DNA from: a virus
Virus record (IMG/VR): IMGVR_UViG_3300047168_000018
Location: 7,887 to 71,886 of that record
Length of the DNA stretch: 64,000 nt
Direction: 5' to 3' (one strand)
This document shows positions 45,458-55,047 of the stretch, piece by piece. The translations under genes and the position numbers were made by a program. How positions within the stretch are numbered: the first letter of the stretch is position 1; each line of letters opens with the position of its first letter. The notes beneath the pieces were generated by a model that was given only the letters and a program-made list of their open reading frames with translations, was not told the DNA's origin and made no database searches.

Positions 45458-45847
45458 ATGAAGGTGGTAAAAAGGAGACTTGGATATGACCAAAACGCCG
45501 CTGCGCCCCCCCCTGGGGAGTGGGCAATAGTCGAACTTTTTGGACACACGACCTTGGTCGGCCGCATCACCGAGGTCGAGCGGTTCGGGGCCAAGATGAT
45601 GGCTATTGAGCCGCTGTTCCGCGACACGCTGTTGCCGATGGTGCTGCACGGCGGGGCGGCAATCTACCGGCTGACGCCGTGTTCAGCGGAAGTCGCGTTC
45701 GCGAAGCAGCCGCGCCACGCCTACCAACTCCCGACGGCGATCAACTGCATTGTGCCGCCACTTCTGCTGGAGACGCCGCCTGACGCGCCAGCACCGCTCA
45801 ACATGGAGCCGGACCCCTACGACGAGGGAGACTGGGAGCCTTACTGA
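45458..45847 (+). CDS. hypothetical phage protein
   Basis: EWAIVELFGH..VGRITEVERFGAKM..GGAAIY.LTP. Confidence 0.7.
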   Translation: MKVVKRRLGYDQNAAAPPPGEWAIVELFGHTTLVGRITEVERFGAKMMAIEPLFRDTLLPMVLHGGAAIYRLTPCSAEVAFAKQPRHAYQLPTAINCIVPPLLLETPPDAPAPLNMEPDPYDEGDWEPY

Positions 45848-45875
45848 ACCGCAACCACAACAGGAGACCCGCCTT

Positions 45876-46451
45876 ATGACCGACACCGAACTCACGCACC
45901 GCACCCTCTGGTTCGACTGCGCGACAAACCGCTGGCATACCGACAAGGCCACGGGCGCCCAGCCGGCGCTGATCCGGCTCGCGTGGATGCTGGAAGGCGA
46001 GCAGCCGCAGTGCCGGATCATCGCGCTGCCAGAAGGCGCGACCGTCGATCCGTCGACGTTCCCGTATCACAAGGTCGACCCGGCGCTGCGTCCCGGCGTG
46101 TCGCTGCTGGACGTGCTCGGCGAGTTCCTCGCTGATGCGGACCGCGCCGACCGCTTCGCCTCGTTCAATGGCGAGTTCCATCAGCGCCAGATTCACCGTG
46201 CGTTCGCGTCGCTGAACATGGGCTGGGTGCCGCTCGGCGAGTTCGAGTGCCTGATGAAGGCCGCGACGCCGATCCTCAACATGCCGCTGATGCGGCCGGG
46301 CGGTGGACTCAAGTCGCCGAAGCTGTCCGAAGCTTGCACGTTCTTCATGGTCGCGACGCCAAGCAGCAACGATCCGTTTGAGTACGGCCAGCAAATCGTG
46401 CGGGCGGTCAGCGAGATCGACGCCGCCGTGCATCCGAAGGTGATGTCGTGA
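45876..46451 (+). CDS. DnaQ/DEDDh exonuclease-like protein, catalytically degenerate
   Basis: LWFDCATN, PALIRLAW, SFNGEFH, FECLMK..PI..KSPKLSEA follow the fold pattern but lack several acidic/His residues. Confidence 0.55.
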   Translation: MTDTELTHRTLWFDCATNRWHTDKATGAQPALIRLAWMLEGEQPQCRIIALPEGATVDPSTFPYHKVDPALRPGVSLLDVLGEFLADADRADRFASFNGEFHQRQIHRAFASLNMGWVPLGEFECLMKAATPILNMPLMRPGGGLKSPKLSEACTFFMVATPSSNDPFEYGQQIVRAVSEIDAAVHPKVMS

Positions 46452-48148
46452 GCGACCGCACTCAGAGTGCATACCAAGCCCGAGCCGCCGAGAAAGAGGA
46501 TGCGGCAACGATTGTTGCCACTTTCGATGCGCAGCGGGCAAAATACGAGGGCATTCTCGCCGGAAATGTCTCTGTCGACGTGTTCCGCAACGCTTTCGTG
46601 ACGGCCGTTCAGCGCGACTGGAAGCTGTTGAAGGCCGACCGACAAAGCCTTTGGCTCGCGCTGCAAAAATGCGCCGGCGACGGTTTGTTGCCCGATGGGC
46701 GCGAGGCCGCGCTGTCGATCTTCAACGACGACGAGGACGAAGACAACCCGAAGACCGCTGCCAAGGACGGCAAGGTTAAAAAGGTCGTTTACATGCCCAT
46801 GATTCAGGGGCTTATCAAACTGGTGCGCAACACCGGCGAGGTCGCCTCAATCGACATCCCGCTTGTCTTCCGTGGCGAGGCTGTCGAACTGTGGTGGGAG
46901 GACGGCAAAAAGCACTTCAAGCTGCGCCGGGTGTTCGACGAGAAATTTGACGACAGTCCCCAGGCCATCATCGGTGCCGTTGCCATCGTCACCTACAAGG
47001 ACGGAAGCTGGGAAATGGAGGCGATGTCGCGCGCCAGGATCGAGCGCGTCCGCGCTATCGCCAAGGCCAAGAAGGGGCCGTGGCTGGCGTGGTACGACGA
47101 GATGGCCCGCAAAACGGTGCTGCGGAACCTACTCAAGCGTCTGCCGAAATCTGCGGTCAACTTGGCAGAGCGCGCGATGGACAGCGACGAGACGATGGAA
47201 ACCATTGAGGGGGAGGTCGATGGTGGCCGGGTGCAGCGGGCGATTGCCGCCCCCGAGGTCGATCTGTCGACGCATGCGCTTCACGAAAGTCTCGCCAAGG
47301 CGGACCAGCGCCAGACAGTCGAGCGCGAACCCACCAAGCAGCAAACCGCCCAAGCCGCCTCCAACCCGGTGCCCGCCCAGCCGGCCCGCGCCGCTGCGGT
47401 CCCGCCCGAGCCTAGCAAGCCCATGTTCGAGGCGTGGCCCGCAGACGAGTTCGGCGAGCCAGCGGAACACCCGAACGGCGAGCCGGTACAGTTCATCGAC
47501 CCGCAGCTGTTCGCGGCCTGGGTACAGGAGAAGTGGCTGAAACTGCCCCCCGACCTGCGGGCCGGGTTCTTGGAGCACAACGCCGACGCGATCGCCGACG
47601 CGAAGGTCGATGTGATCGCGGCGAAGATGCTGGCGGTTACGGTCGATCCCGCCCCGGCCGCTGCGCCATCTGCCGACGCGACGCCACCGAAGAACTTCCT
47701 CGAAATGCCGCTGACACCAGGGCGCAAGCCGCATTGGCCGAATTACGGAGCGGCGGCGGAGGCGGCGATCACCGGCATCGGCAGCGTGGCGGAGCTGCAG
47801 GATTGGACGAACGTGAATGTGCCGACGTACGAAAAGGGGCCAGAATCGATCAGAATGAAGATCGACCGGGCACTGTCGGCGCGGCATCTCGCCCTGACGA
47901 AGCCGCCAGAAGCGGAAGATCGCGACATCAAGCTGGCGCGCGATTTCGTCGCCGACATCAATGCGTGCCGCACCGGGGACGATCTGAAGGTGCTGGGGGC
48001 AAACGCCGCGATGAAGACGCTTCTGGCGCGGTGGCGGCAGGACCGGCCAGACCTTTACGACATGCTGGCGAAGGCCGAGGCGGCGAAGGTGCAATCGTTT
48101 GGGCCGCCGCCGGAGGACGACGTGCCGGATCTGGACCGGCGCGGATGA
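46448..48148 (+). CDS. recT: RecT-family single-strand annealing protein with long C-terminal extension
   Basis: SLWLALQKCAGDGLLPDGREAAL; MPMIQGLIKLVRNTG; PW..WYDEMARKTVLR.L.K.LP.S. Confidence 0.88.
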   Translation: MSDRTQSAYQARAAEKEDAATIVATFDAQRAKYEGILAGNVSVDVFRNAFVTAVQRDWKLLKADRQSLWLALQKCAGDGLLPDGREAALSIFNDDEDEDNPKTAAKDGKVKKVVYMPMIQGLIKLVRNTGEVASIDIPLVFRGEAVELWWEDGKKHFKLRRVFDEKFDDSPQAIIGAVAIVTYKDGSWEMEAMSRARIERVRAIAKAKKGPWLAWYDEMARKTVLRNLLKRLPKSAVNLAERAMDSDETMETIEGEVDGGRVQRAIAAPEVDLSTHALHESLAKADQRQTVEREPTKQQTAQAASNPVPAQPARAAAVPPEPSKPMFEAWPADEFGEPAEHPNGEPVQFIDPQLFAAWVQEKWLKLPPDLRAGFLEHNADAIADAKVDVIAAKMLAVTVDPAPAAAPSADATPPKNFLEMPLTPGRKPHWPNYGAAAEAAITGIGSVAELQDWTNVNVPTYEKGPESIRMKIDRALSARHLALTKPPEAEDRDIKLARDFVADINACRTGDDLKVLGANAAMKTLLARWRQDRPDLYDMLAKAEAAKVQSFGPPPEDDVPDLDRRG

Positions 48149-48450
48149 GCCTGTTTCCGCCGACCAGGGCGCAAATGCTGGCCGAGTTGGAGCGCGAGTT
48201 GGGATATCGGCGGCGGCTCTATCCTGGCTGGGTCACCAACAAGAAGATGAGCCAGGCCGCCGCCGACCGGCAGATCGCCGCTCTTGAGGCGGTGCGTGAC
48301 GAGATCGCCAGGGGCTACCCGCTGCCGCCCGGTATTTCCGAAAAGGCGAAGGCGGTCGTGCTGTATTTCATGACCGACGAGGACTTGGCCGAGTTCGTCA
48401 ACATCTGCAAGGAGGCGATGCCCGGCGCGGCGTCGTATCATGTGCCATGA
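48145..48450 (+). CDS. hypothetical phage protein
   Basis: LERELGYRRRLYPGWV..KMSQAAADRQIAAL. Confidence 0.7.
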   Translation: MSLFPPTRAQMLAELERELGYRRRLYPGWVTNKKMSQAAADRQIAALEAVRDEIARGYPLPPGISEKAKAVVLYFMTDEDLAEFVNICKEAMPGAASYHVP

Positions 48451-48704
48451 CCGATACCTGCGCTCACTGTCGTTTCTGGTTAATGCACCCAAAGAACTCC
48501 AACGGAGATTGTCGCCGTCACCCTCCCGTGCCGATCATGGTCGGGATGGCCGCGCCTCAGTTCGCTGGCCAAAACCCGACGCCTGTCGTGATGCCTTACT
48601 TTGTCACGATGCAGCCGACCGACTGGTGCGGGGACTTTGAAAACAGGCCGCCGACGCCGAAGGCGCTGGATTTGTCGAAAATCAAGTTTACAGGTGAGGC
48701 ATGA
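48447..48704 (+). CDS. small Cys-rich protein
   Basis: CAHCRFW..GDCRRHPP..DWCGDF. Confidence 0.7.
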   Translation: MTDTCAHCRFWLMHPKNSNGDCRRHPPVPIMVGMAAPQFAGQNPTPVVMPYFVTMQPTDWCGDFENRPPTPKALDLSKIKFTGEA

Positions 48705-49489
48705 CCAGCCTTCAGGCCTCAAATTGGCAGGTCGGGCAGCGCGCCGTCATTGATCGGCGGCGCATTGTCACGATCCATGCTGTGACGCCTTCGGGGCGCG
48801 TAAAAGCGGATGATCGGATTTTCGATCCGTCAGGGGATGAACGCGGTTCCAGCGGAAACGGCTCAAAACTGGAATTGCTCACGCCTGAGATTGAGGCGGA
48901 GATGGCGCTCGTCGTGCGGGGCAATAAAGCCTCGCGGGCGGCAATCTCGGAAATTGGGAAGGCCGATGATTGGGTCAAGCGCAATTTCAGTTCGTGGGGA
49001 GGTGTGCGCGTTCCCGAGCAATTCGACAGCCTGTTGCAGATGATGGAAGCCTTCCCGGACGAGCAGACTTGCATCAACCATCTTCGGGCGATTCGCTGGA
49101 AGAATGGTGCTTTCTGCCCGCACTGCGGGGGCGCCACGATTTACCATTTTTCGGACAACCGGACGCACAAGTGCGGGGACTGCCGCCAGCGGTTCTCGAT
49201 CAAGGTCGGCACCATCTTTGAAGACACGAAGCTGCCGCTCCGGAAGTGGTTTATGGCGATTTGGCTGATCACCAGCCACAAGAAGGGCATCGCCTCCACC
49301 ACGCTGGCCAAGGATCTGAAGATCACGCAGAAAAGCGCGTGGTTCGTTCTGCACCGGCTTCGCTACGCCGCCCGCACCAAGTCCTTTGCCGCCCCCTTGG
49401 AAGGCGATGTGGAGGTCGATGAGACCTACGTTGCCCGCACCGGCAAGGGTGAGATTTTCGCCCACAAGCCTCCAACCAAGTCCGTCTGA
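48701..49489 (+). CDS. chimera of a phage protein N-terminus and a truncated IS1595-family transposase
   Basis: Single ORF whose C-half is the Zn-ribbon/HTH part of an IS1595 transposase. Confidence 0.7.
   Translation: MTSLQASNWQVGQRAVIDRRRIVTIHAVTPSGRVKADDRIFDPSGDERGSSGNGSKLELLTPEIEAEMALVVRGNKASRAAISEIGKADDWVKRNFSSWGGVRVPEQFDSLLQMMEAFPDEQTCINHLRAIRWKNGAFCPHCGGATIYHFSDNRTHKCGDCRQRFSIKVGTIFEDTKLPLRKWFMAIWLITSHKKGIASTTLAKDLKITQKSAWFVLHRLRYAARTKSFAAPLEGDVEVDETYVARTGKGEIFAHKPPTKSV
49013..49432 (+). mobile_element. IS1595-family transposase fragment
   Basis: FPDEQTC..RW..G..CPHCG..KCGDC..FSIKVGTIFEDTKLPLRKWF..KKGIAS..LA..L.ITQKSAW..LHRLR..LEGDVEVDETYV, then truncated. Confidence 0.85.
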
Positions 49490-49639
49490 TCCATCTGGCG
49501 TGTGGCCCCGAGCGCAGGCGCTGGAGGAGGCGGCGAAGCGGATGGTGTGGGACGGGTTCACCGACCACGCTTGGCGCAAGCTGGCGGCGAAGGTTCTTGC
49601 GTTGGATGCGCTTTCGGTTGGTGGTTCGGAGAAGTCCCC

Positions 49640-49903
49640 ATGACAACCCAGCGCCCCTACCGCCCAAGTAATGGCAGCGAAGGCGACTGGTTCATGTTGA
49701 TCTGGTGCAGCAAATGCGTCAAAGATTCAGAGGCAAAGCCGTGCCTCATCCTCCTTCGGACGCTCGCTCTTGGCGTCAACGACAAGGGCTACCCGTCCCA
49801 GTGGATTGAGGATGATGACGGCCCGCGCTGCACGGCATTCTCCGACCGCATAAAGTCGCCGCTTTCGATCATTCGCGACAAGAGGCAGGAGACATTGCTG
49901 TGA
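49640..49903 (+). CDS. Cys-motif phage protein
   Basis: YRPSNGSEG..F..WCSKC..C.IL..YPSQW..PRCTAF. Confidence 0.7.
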   Translation: MTTQRPYRPSNGSEGDWFMLIWCSKCVKDSEAKPCLILLRTLALGVNDKGYPSQWIEDDDGPRCTAFSDRIKSPLSIIRDKRQETLL

Positions 49904-50157
49904 CCGCGCCGACCCCCGATCCACACGCCCGCAAGATGACGAAAGGCGCGCGGAGCATGAAACCGGGCATTCAGATCAGCGGAGAGAACCTGCGCGGCCT
50001 CAAGCTGTGCATCGCCGGCGCGTGGCTCTTCGGGTCTATATCACGCGGCCGGGCGCACGAGTTGGCGCGGGCGCTGGGCATGACGGGCGACGAAATCGAC
50101 AACCTCAAGTTCGTTGAAGAACGGGCAGCAGAGCGGGAGCATGAAAATGGAAAATGA
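49900..50157 (+). CDS. hypothetical protein
   Basis: Coupled ORF; ISRGRAHELA. Confidence 0.55.
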   Translation: MTAPTPDPHARKMTKGARSMKPGIQISGENLRGLKLCIAGAWLFGSISRGRAHELARALGMTGDEIDNLKFVEERAAEREHENGK

Positions 50158-50350
50158 CACCAACAAAACGGCACATGTCTTTCGCCGGCACGAATGGATC
50201 AACACAAAGACGCTGAAGCCGATCTACAGCATCCAGGCTCGCGTCGGCCGCAATGGGTGGGCGCATCTTCACGAGGGCGGCAAGCCGATGTTCTTCGACA
50301 CCGCTGCCGAGAGGGATGCTGCACTGAAGGAATTGCAAGATGCCCGCTGA
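50147..50350 (+). CDS. hypothetical protein
   Basis: GGGAG SD; coupled array. Confidence 0.6.
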   Translation: MENDTNKTAHVFRRHEWINTKTLKPIYSIQARVGRNGWAHLHEGGKPMFFDTAAERDAALKELQDAR

Positions 50351-50627
50351 CGACCGCCAAGCGGCCCGCACGCTCACGACAATCCGAATGCGCCGCCGCA
50401 AGAATGGCGACGCCTACCTCGACCTCGATGGCTACATTTTCGGCGACGAAGATCATGCGCGCCGCTGGCTGCAACAGCCGTTCGTTGGCAGGTCCACGAT
50501 CACGCTTGAGCGCGTCGTGGTTTCTAAAGACCGGGTTTGCCCGCATTGCAAGGGAACCGGATCGGACGACAGAACGGCTAAAGTAATCGGAAAGATGACC
50601 GTTGACGAATTTCTGGAGGCAGTATGA
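50340..50627 (+). CDS. hypothetical protein with CPHCKGTG motif
   Basis: AAGGA SD; coupled array. Confidence 0.6.
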   Translation: MPADDRQAARTLTTIRMRRRKNGDAYLDLDGYIFGDEDHARRWLQQPFVGRSTITLERVVVSKDRVCPHCKGTGSDDRTAKVIGKMTVDEFLEAV

Positions 50628-50845
50628 CCGACCACCAAACGGCACCGGGCGGCTTCCCATGGAAGTCGCACCGCTTGGCCGATTGGTCAATCGTCGGGAT
50701 GAACCACTACCACCAGAACGGCGAGCGGCGGCTTTTTGTGTCCATGGAACGCCAGGGCCGTTGCATTAAAGCCGAGGGGGAAGATGCTGGGGCGCTATGG
50801 GCCGAACTAGAGCGTCAGGCATTTTTGGCGAAAGACACACCATGA
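50624..50845 (+). CDS. hypothetical phage protein
   Basis: GGAGG SD; WSIVGMNHYH..RLFVSM. Confidence 0.65.
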   Translation: MTDHQTAPGGFPWKSHRLADWSIVGMNHYHQNGERRLFVSMERQGRCIKAEGEDAGALWAELERQAFLAKDTP

Positions 50846-51402
50846 CCGACCCCCAATCCCAGCGCCAGAACGGCGGGGACGGAATGCTGAAGTTGCGGCG
50901 TTCGGTTTCGCGACGGGAGAACACGATCCCGTCGGCCTTCAACGTCGGTAGCGCGGCGCAAGCGGTATTCTGTATTGATGATGCCCGACACGACATTCTT
51001 TGTTTCAGCGACGCATTACGTGACGCTCGCCTTCGCATCTCCGCGCTTGAAGCGGAGCGGGAAAAGTATGACACGCCAGCATGGCAAGCAAATGAGCGGC
51101 TGAATGCTCAGGTTGAACAGCTATGCGCAGAGCGGGATCGGCTGAGGGCTGCGTTGGCGATGCGGCCAATGTCAGAGGCACCCAAAATTGATGGGCGCCG
51201 CATACTCGCTTGGCAGAAATCTAGATGGGGGTTCCCGGCATATTGGCGCGTCATCTATTGGAACGAAGGCATTGGCAGAGCCGGTTATACTTTTCCTTGC
51301 TGGATGTGCGCAGTCTGCATACTAAGCGAGAAGGAAGAAGATTTTGCGGGATGGGTGTCACTGCCGCCCGACCCCGCGCGGGAGGCCCTTGGCGATGAGT
51401 AA
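50842..51402 (+). CDS. coiled coil plus DUF551-like domain protein
   Basis: RPMSEAPKIDGRRIL..GWVSLPP. Confidence 0.6.
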   Translation: MTDPQSQRQNGGDGMLKLRRSVSRRENTIPSAFNVGSAAQAVFCIDDARHDILCFSDALRDARLRISALEAEREKYDTPAWQANERLNAQVEQLCAERDRLRAALAMRPMSEAPKIDGRRILAWQKSRWGFPAYWRVIYWNEGIGRAGYTFPCWMCAVCILSEKEEDFAGWVSLPPDPAREALGDE

Positions 51403-51892
51403 CCGAACACTGGTCGAATTGAACCACGATTATTGCCCGCACGGCCCGACCGAAGAACATGACTACGGCCGGGCGTTGGCGAGTTATATGCGTGGCGCGG
51501 ACCCTGCGTTTCTGCCTCCTGGCGTGATCCGCAAACACTACCGGCATCACAGCGATCCTGATCCGATGATGGAGTCGGCCGGTCTTCGCAACGAAATTAT
51601 CCGTTTGCGCGCTGAACTGGCGGAAGCACGTCGCGTCCGCAAACTGGACCAAGCCGAGATCGTGGCTGCGCTGGGACAGTTGGATTCAATGGCCGAACAG
51701 CACGAAATCGAATTACGTGCGACGGCCAACGATGCCGAACACGCGCGGGCGAAGGCGCTGGAGGAAGCGGCGGTGGTGTGCGAGGCGCAGGCTGGCGGCG
51801 GCGACCATTCGGAGTATTCTTGGGGCATCTTTCAAGGCTGCAATCAGTGCGCCGCCGCGATCCGCGCTTTGGCGAAGGAGGGTGGGGCGTGA
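51395..51892 (+). CDS. hypothetical protein
   Basis: GGAGG SD; MSNRTLVELNHD; ALEEAA.VCE..AAAIRAL. Confidence 0.65.
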   Translation: MSNRTLVELNHDYCPHGPTEEHDYGRALASYMRGADPAFLPPGVIRKHYRHHSDPDPMMESAGLRNEIIRLRAELAEARRVRKLDQAEIVAALGQLDSMAEQHEIELRATANDAEHARAKALEEAAVVCEAQAGGGDHSEYSWGIFQGCNQCAAAIRALAKEGGA

Positions 51893-52081
51893 GCAGTTTG
51901 ATATTTTATGTGCTTTTGGCCGTCCCTGTTTTATGTGCCATCGGCTACACGGTTCTCATAGCGTGGCTGTTGTGTGCGGTGATTGCGGGGCGACCAAGAT
52001 GAAGTCTCAACCGGGAGATCACAGCATGGCCCAATCCAGCACAGTCCGCGTCCGCATCCTCGTGACGGTGGAGTAGGGCGG

Positions 52082-52360
52082 ATGGGTGCGAAGCCGACGA
52101 AAGCCACTATCCTCGCATTAGAGCGCGTGTTTGAGGCCGAGATAAATGGACTCCTGCCGTTTCAATCAAAGTCCAGCATATATCGTGATCTGATGGCAGC
52201 CGGCCTCGTGGAACCGATGTCGCGCAAGTTTGGCACCGGATGGAGCGGCGTCACGGTTTCCGGATATGCGCTGACGCACTCTGGCCGCTTTGTGTATTGC
52301 CAATCTTGCGAGGACGTGCCCTGCCGGCCGAAGGCCGGCAGGGCGACTGAGGGGATGTGA
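52082..52360 (+). CDS. winged-helix-like hypothetical protein
   Basis: GGAG SD; LMAAGLVE..GYALTHSGR. Confidence 0.6.
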   Translation: MGAKPTKATILALERVFEAEINGLLPFQSKSSIYRDLMAAGLVEPMSRKFGTGWSGVTVSGYALTHSGRFVYCQSCEDVPCRPKAGRATEGM

Positions 52361-52363
52361 AGG

Positions 52364-52603
52364 ATGGAAAATAGCCCATTTTTGCCACGGGCCGAACCCA
52401 CCATAGCGTCTCGTATTCGCGTTAACAAAGACGACTATTGGGCCGCGCGCGATGAGTTCAATCACTTATCTTTCAGAGCAAATCAGGCGCGACTTCGCAT
52501 GGAAAGCGCGCTTCGTAATCTGCGCGATCTTGGCTGCACCGACCTTAACGAGGCCGGCCCGGCGATTGAGGGGAGGGTGAGGGATGCGACCGACGAGGCG
52601 TGA
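52364..52603 (+). CDS. hypothetical protein
   Basis: In the co-oriented small-ORF array. Confidence 0.5.
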   Translation: MENSPFLPRAEPTIASRIRVNKDDYWAARDEFNHLSFRANQARLRMESALRNLRDLGCTDLNEAGPAIEGRVRDATDEA

Positions 52604-52796
52604 TGCCGCAATCTTCTGGCTTGCGTGGGCAGCGGGCGAAGGATGCGTCGTCACGCCAAACCGAGCCGAATGGTCGCTTTGGGTGCAACGCCACGGCCGC
52701 GATGGCGATCCCGAGCCGATAGGGCTTGTGGATCAGGGACGCGAATTGAAGGCCGATATTCTCGCCGTTCTGACAGGAGATTACGATGCCGAGTGA
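52584..52796 (+). CDS. hypothetical protein
   Basis: GAGG SD; in the array. Confidence 0.5.
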   Translation: MRPTRRDAAIFWLAWAAGEGCVVTPNRAEWSLWVQRHGRDGDPEPIGLVDQGRELKADILAVLTGDYDAE

Positions 52797-53736
52797 CTTA
52801 GCTGCGCCGCTCCCCACACCCCAAGACATCGCGCACTTCGTCAAAGCAATGGATCGCCTCGCCCAATTCGAGGCTGAGTTCTACGATGTGCGCGGCTTCG
52901 GCGCGTTCAAGCGCGACGAGAATTTTTCCGATCCCGTCGTGGTGAAGGTGTTCGCGTGGCTGCGGTCGGGTGCCCAGGCCGCTTCCACAGTCACCGCAAC
53001 CATGGAAGTGGAACAAGCGGCGTTCAACCGTGGACTGGAAGCCGTTCGGCCTGAGGGGATATATCACCTCGCCCATAGCGCCCCATGGCGCCACGAAGGC
53101 ACCAGCATTTACGATTACGTCGACCGCCTAGTCGCCCGCGTTCCGCAGGAATACATGGCGCGGAGGATCGTGGAGGCGGTGAATGGGAATGGCACTCTTG
53201 TCGATGCGCATGCAATGCAGAAAGCCGAAGCAACCATCACGGCATGGCGCGCGGTCTTCCAGAGCATTGAAGCGCACTTGCAGGACAGGATCGCAATGCG
53301 CGATCAGGCCGACCCAGAAACATATTTGAGCATTATCCAAGGCGAAGTGGAGCGCGTGGACCGGGAAAGCGACGCTTATGTCGCCGCTCGATGGAGAGAT
53401 TCCGAGCGGTATCAGGCCAAAATCACAGAACTGGAAGCCGAGATTGCGCGTCTATCAGGTGCGACTTGGAACTTAAATGCCGCCGATAGTGAAAGACTGG
53501 TTGGCGCTCTACTCAACCCGCCAGAGCCGAACGAGGCGTTGAAGGCTGCGGCTGCCCGTCGCGTTGCTCCCGCCGACGCGGACGTGGAGCGGGTGGCGCT
53601 GGATGGTTTAATTGAAAGCGTCCTAGCATTTGCGGACGCGAGCGTCTTGAAGCCGGATTTTTTCGACAGACGCGCCGAGTTGATTGCCGCGGCCACCATC
53701 TATCGCGCCGCCATCGCCGCGATGAAGGGGGCGTGA
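52786..53736 (+). CDS. mosaic hypothetical protein containing a DUF1778 (TacA)-like C-terminal motif
   Basis: AGGAG SD; LNAADSERLVGALLNPPEPNEALKAAAARR. Confidence 0.65.
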   Translation: MPSDLAAPLPTPQDIAHFVKAMDRLAQFEAEFYDVRGFGAFKRDENFSDPVVVKVFAWLRSGAQAASTVTATMEVEQAAFNRGLEAVRPEGIYHLAHSAPWRHEGTSIYDYVDRLVARVPQEYMARRIVEAVNGNGTLVDAHAMQKAEATITAWRAVFQSIEAHLQDRIAMRDQADPETYLSIIQGEVERVDRESDAYVAARWRDSERYQAKITELEAEIARLSGATWNLNAADSERLVGALLNPPEPNEALKAAAARRVAPADADVERVALDGLIESVLAFADASVLKPDFFDRRAELIAAATIYRAAIAAMKGA

Positions 53737-53872
53737 TGACCGTCGAGCGAAAATACCGCTGCAATCTGTGCCGAGATTCCATCAACGTGGAATTGATCGG
53801 CCTCTACTGGAAGAACTCCATGCTCGTCGAGGTTCCGTTCATCTGGCTTTCCTCTCATGTTTCGGTGCATTG

Positions 53873-54151
53873 ATGGCGGTCGCTTGGCACGGAAAGGCGC
53901 GCAATCTTGATGTCGCCGGACTGGTCGTGCCGTGCGGAACCTGCAACGCCGAAATCGGAGCGTGGTGTCGCTGGGCGCCGGCCCGCTCGCTGCATCGGTG
54001 TCGCTCTGACATGGCAGAGGCGCTAGGGTTTGTGACGGTCGACGAAATGCCGCTGATGGAGAAAGCCGATGCGGGTGTGCCGCAGTTGCGCCGCGCGCGA
54101 GGACGAAGCGCCGTTTCCAAAGCGGTGCAAGCCGGCATCGACCTGCCTTGA
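53873..54151 (+). CDS. phage zinc-finger protein
   Basis: VPCGTCNAEIGAWC..HRCR. Confidence 0.55.
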   Translation: MAVAWHGKARNLDVAGLVVPCGTCNAEIGAWCRWAPARSLHRCRSDMAEALGFVTVDEMPLMEKADAGVPQLRRARGRSAVSKAVQAGIDLP

Positions 54152-54284
54152 CTGCGCGGGGGACGCGGCGGTGAAACTGCGGATTGCCGAGCGGCGGCGG
54201 GAGTTGCGCGTCTGGCACGCGCAGGGGATCAAGAAGCCGGGCAGGGAGGGAGATTTGGTCGTGTTCTTGGAGGTAACGCGATGA
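54069..54284 (+). CDS. small Zn-finger protein overlapping the previous ORF
   Basis: GGAGA SD; CRSC..CLDC; stop coupled to the MTase start. Confidence 0.55.
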   Translation: MRVCRSCAAREDEAPFPKRCKPASTCLDCAGDAAVKLRIAERRRELRVWHAQGIKKPGREGDLVVFLEVTR

Positions 54285-54823
54285 AACTCGCATACGCTGA
54301 CCCGCCCTATCTTGGGTACGCTGGCTTTTACGCCAAGCAGCATCCCGAGGCTGCGATATGGGACGATCCCGCCGCCCATCGGCGCTTGATTGAGAACCTT
54401 TGCGACGAATACGCGGACGGTTGGGCGCTGTCCTGCACCAGCGGCAACCTTCACGACATCCTGCCGATGTGTCCGCGCGACACGCGCATCGGTTCCTGGG
54501 TGAAGCCGTTTGCCTCGTTCAAGAAGGGCGTCCCGGTTGCTTATGCCTGGGAGCCGGTTTTGTTTCGAGGCGGTCGAAAGCGCGGCCTTGATGAGCCGAC
54601 CGTTCGCGATTGGATCGCTTGTCCGATCACATTGAAACGCGGTGTTGTGGGTGCGAAGCCCCGCAAAGTCTGCCTCTGGATTTTTGACCTTTTGGGCGCG
54701 CGGCACGATGACGAGTGGGCTGACCTGTTTCCCGGCTCTGGGGCTGTCAGCATTGCGTGGGCCGAGTTCGCTGGTATGCCGTCGCCGCTGGGGCCGACGC
54801 CGCTCGAAGCCGCGCTCGCATGA
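54281..54823 (+). CDS. small amino-DNA methyltransferase (DPPY)
   Basis: LAYADPPYLG; WEPVLF; KP; DLFPGSGAV. Confidence 0.8.
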   Translation: MKLAYADPPYLGYAGFYAKQHPEAAIWDDPAAHRRLIENLCDEYADGWALSCTSGNLHDILPMCPRDTRIGSWVKPFASFKKGVPVAYAWEPVLFRGGRKRGLDEPTVRDWIACPITLKRGVVGAKPRKVCLWIFDLLGARHDDEWADLFPGSGAVSIAWAEFAGMPSPLGPTPLEAALA

Positions 54824-55047
54824 CCGCCCGCGTTCCCGGCCTGCGATGCGCTCAGTGCGGTGCGGAAGAAGTCATCGCGATCAAGCCAGGCGCTGACCCG
54901 GTGTATGGCCCGCTCGACCCGGCGACGGTGCGCGGGGAAAAGGTCGCCGGCGCGCTGCTGCGCCCTGGCCGAGAGGATGTCGCCTATTGCTGGGCGCACT
55001 GGCCGTGTCGGCCACCGCAGCCCGATCTGTTTGGAATAAGAACATGA
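54820..55047 (+). CDS. small Cys protein with QPDLF near the C-terminus
   Basis: CAQCG..YCWAH; coupled at both ends. Confidence 0.6.
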   Translation: MTARVPGLRCAQCGAEEVIAIKPGADPVYGPLDPATVRGEKVAGALLRPGREDVAYCWAHWPCRPPQPDLFGIRT

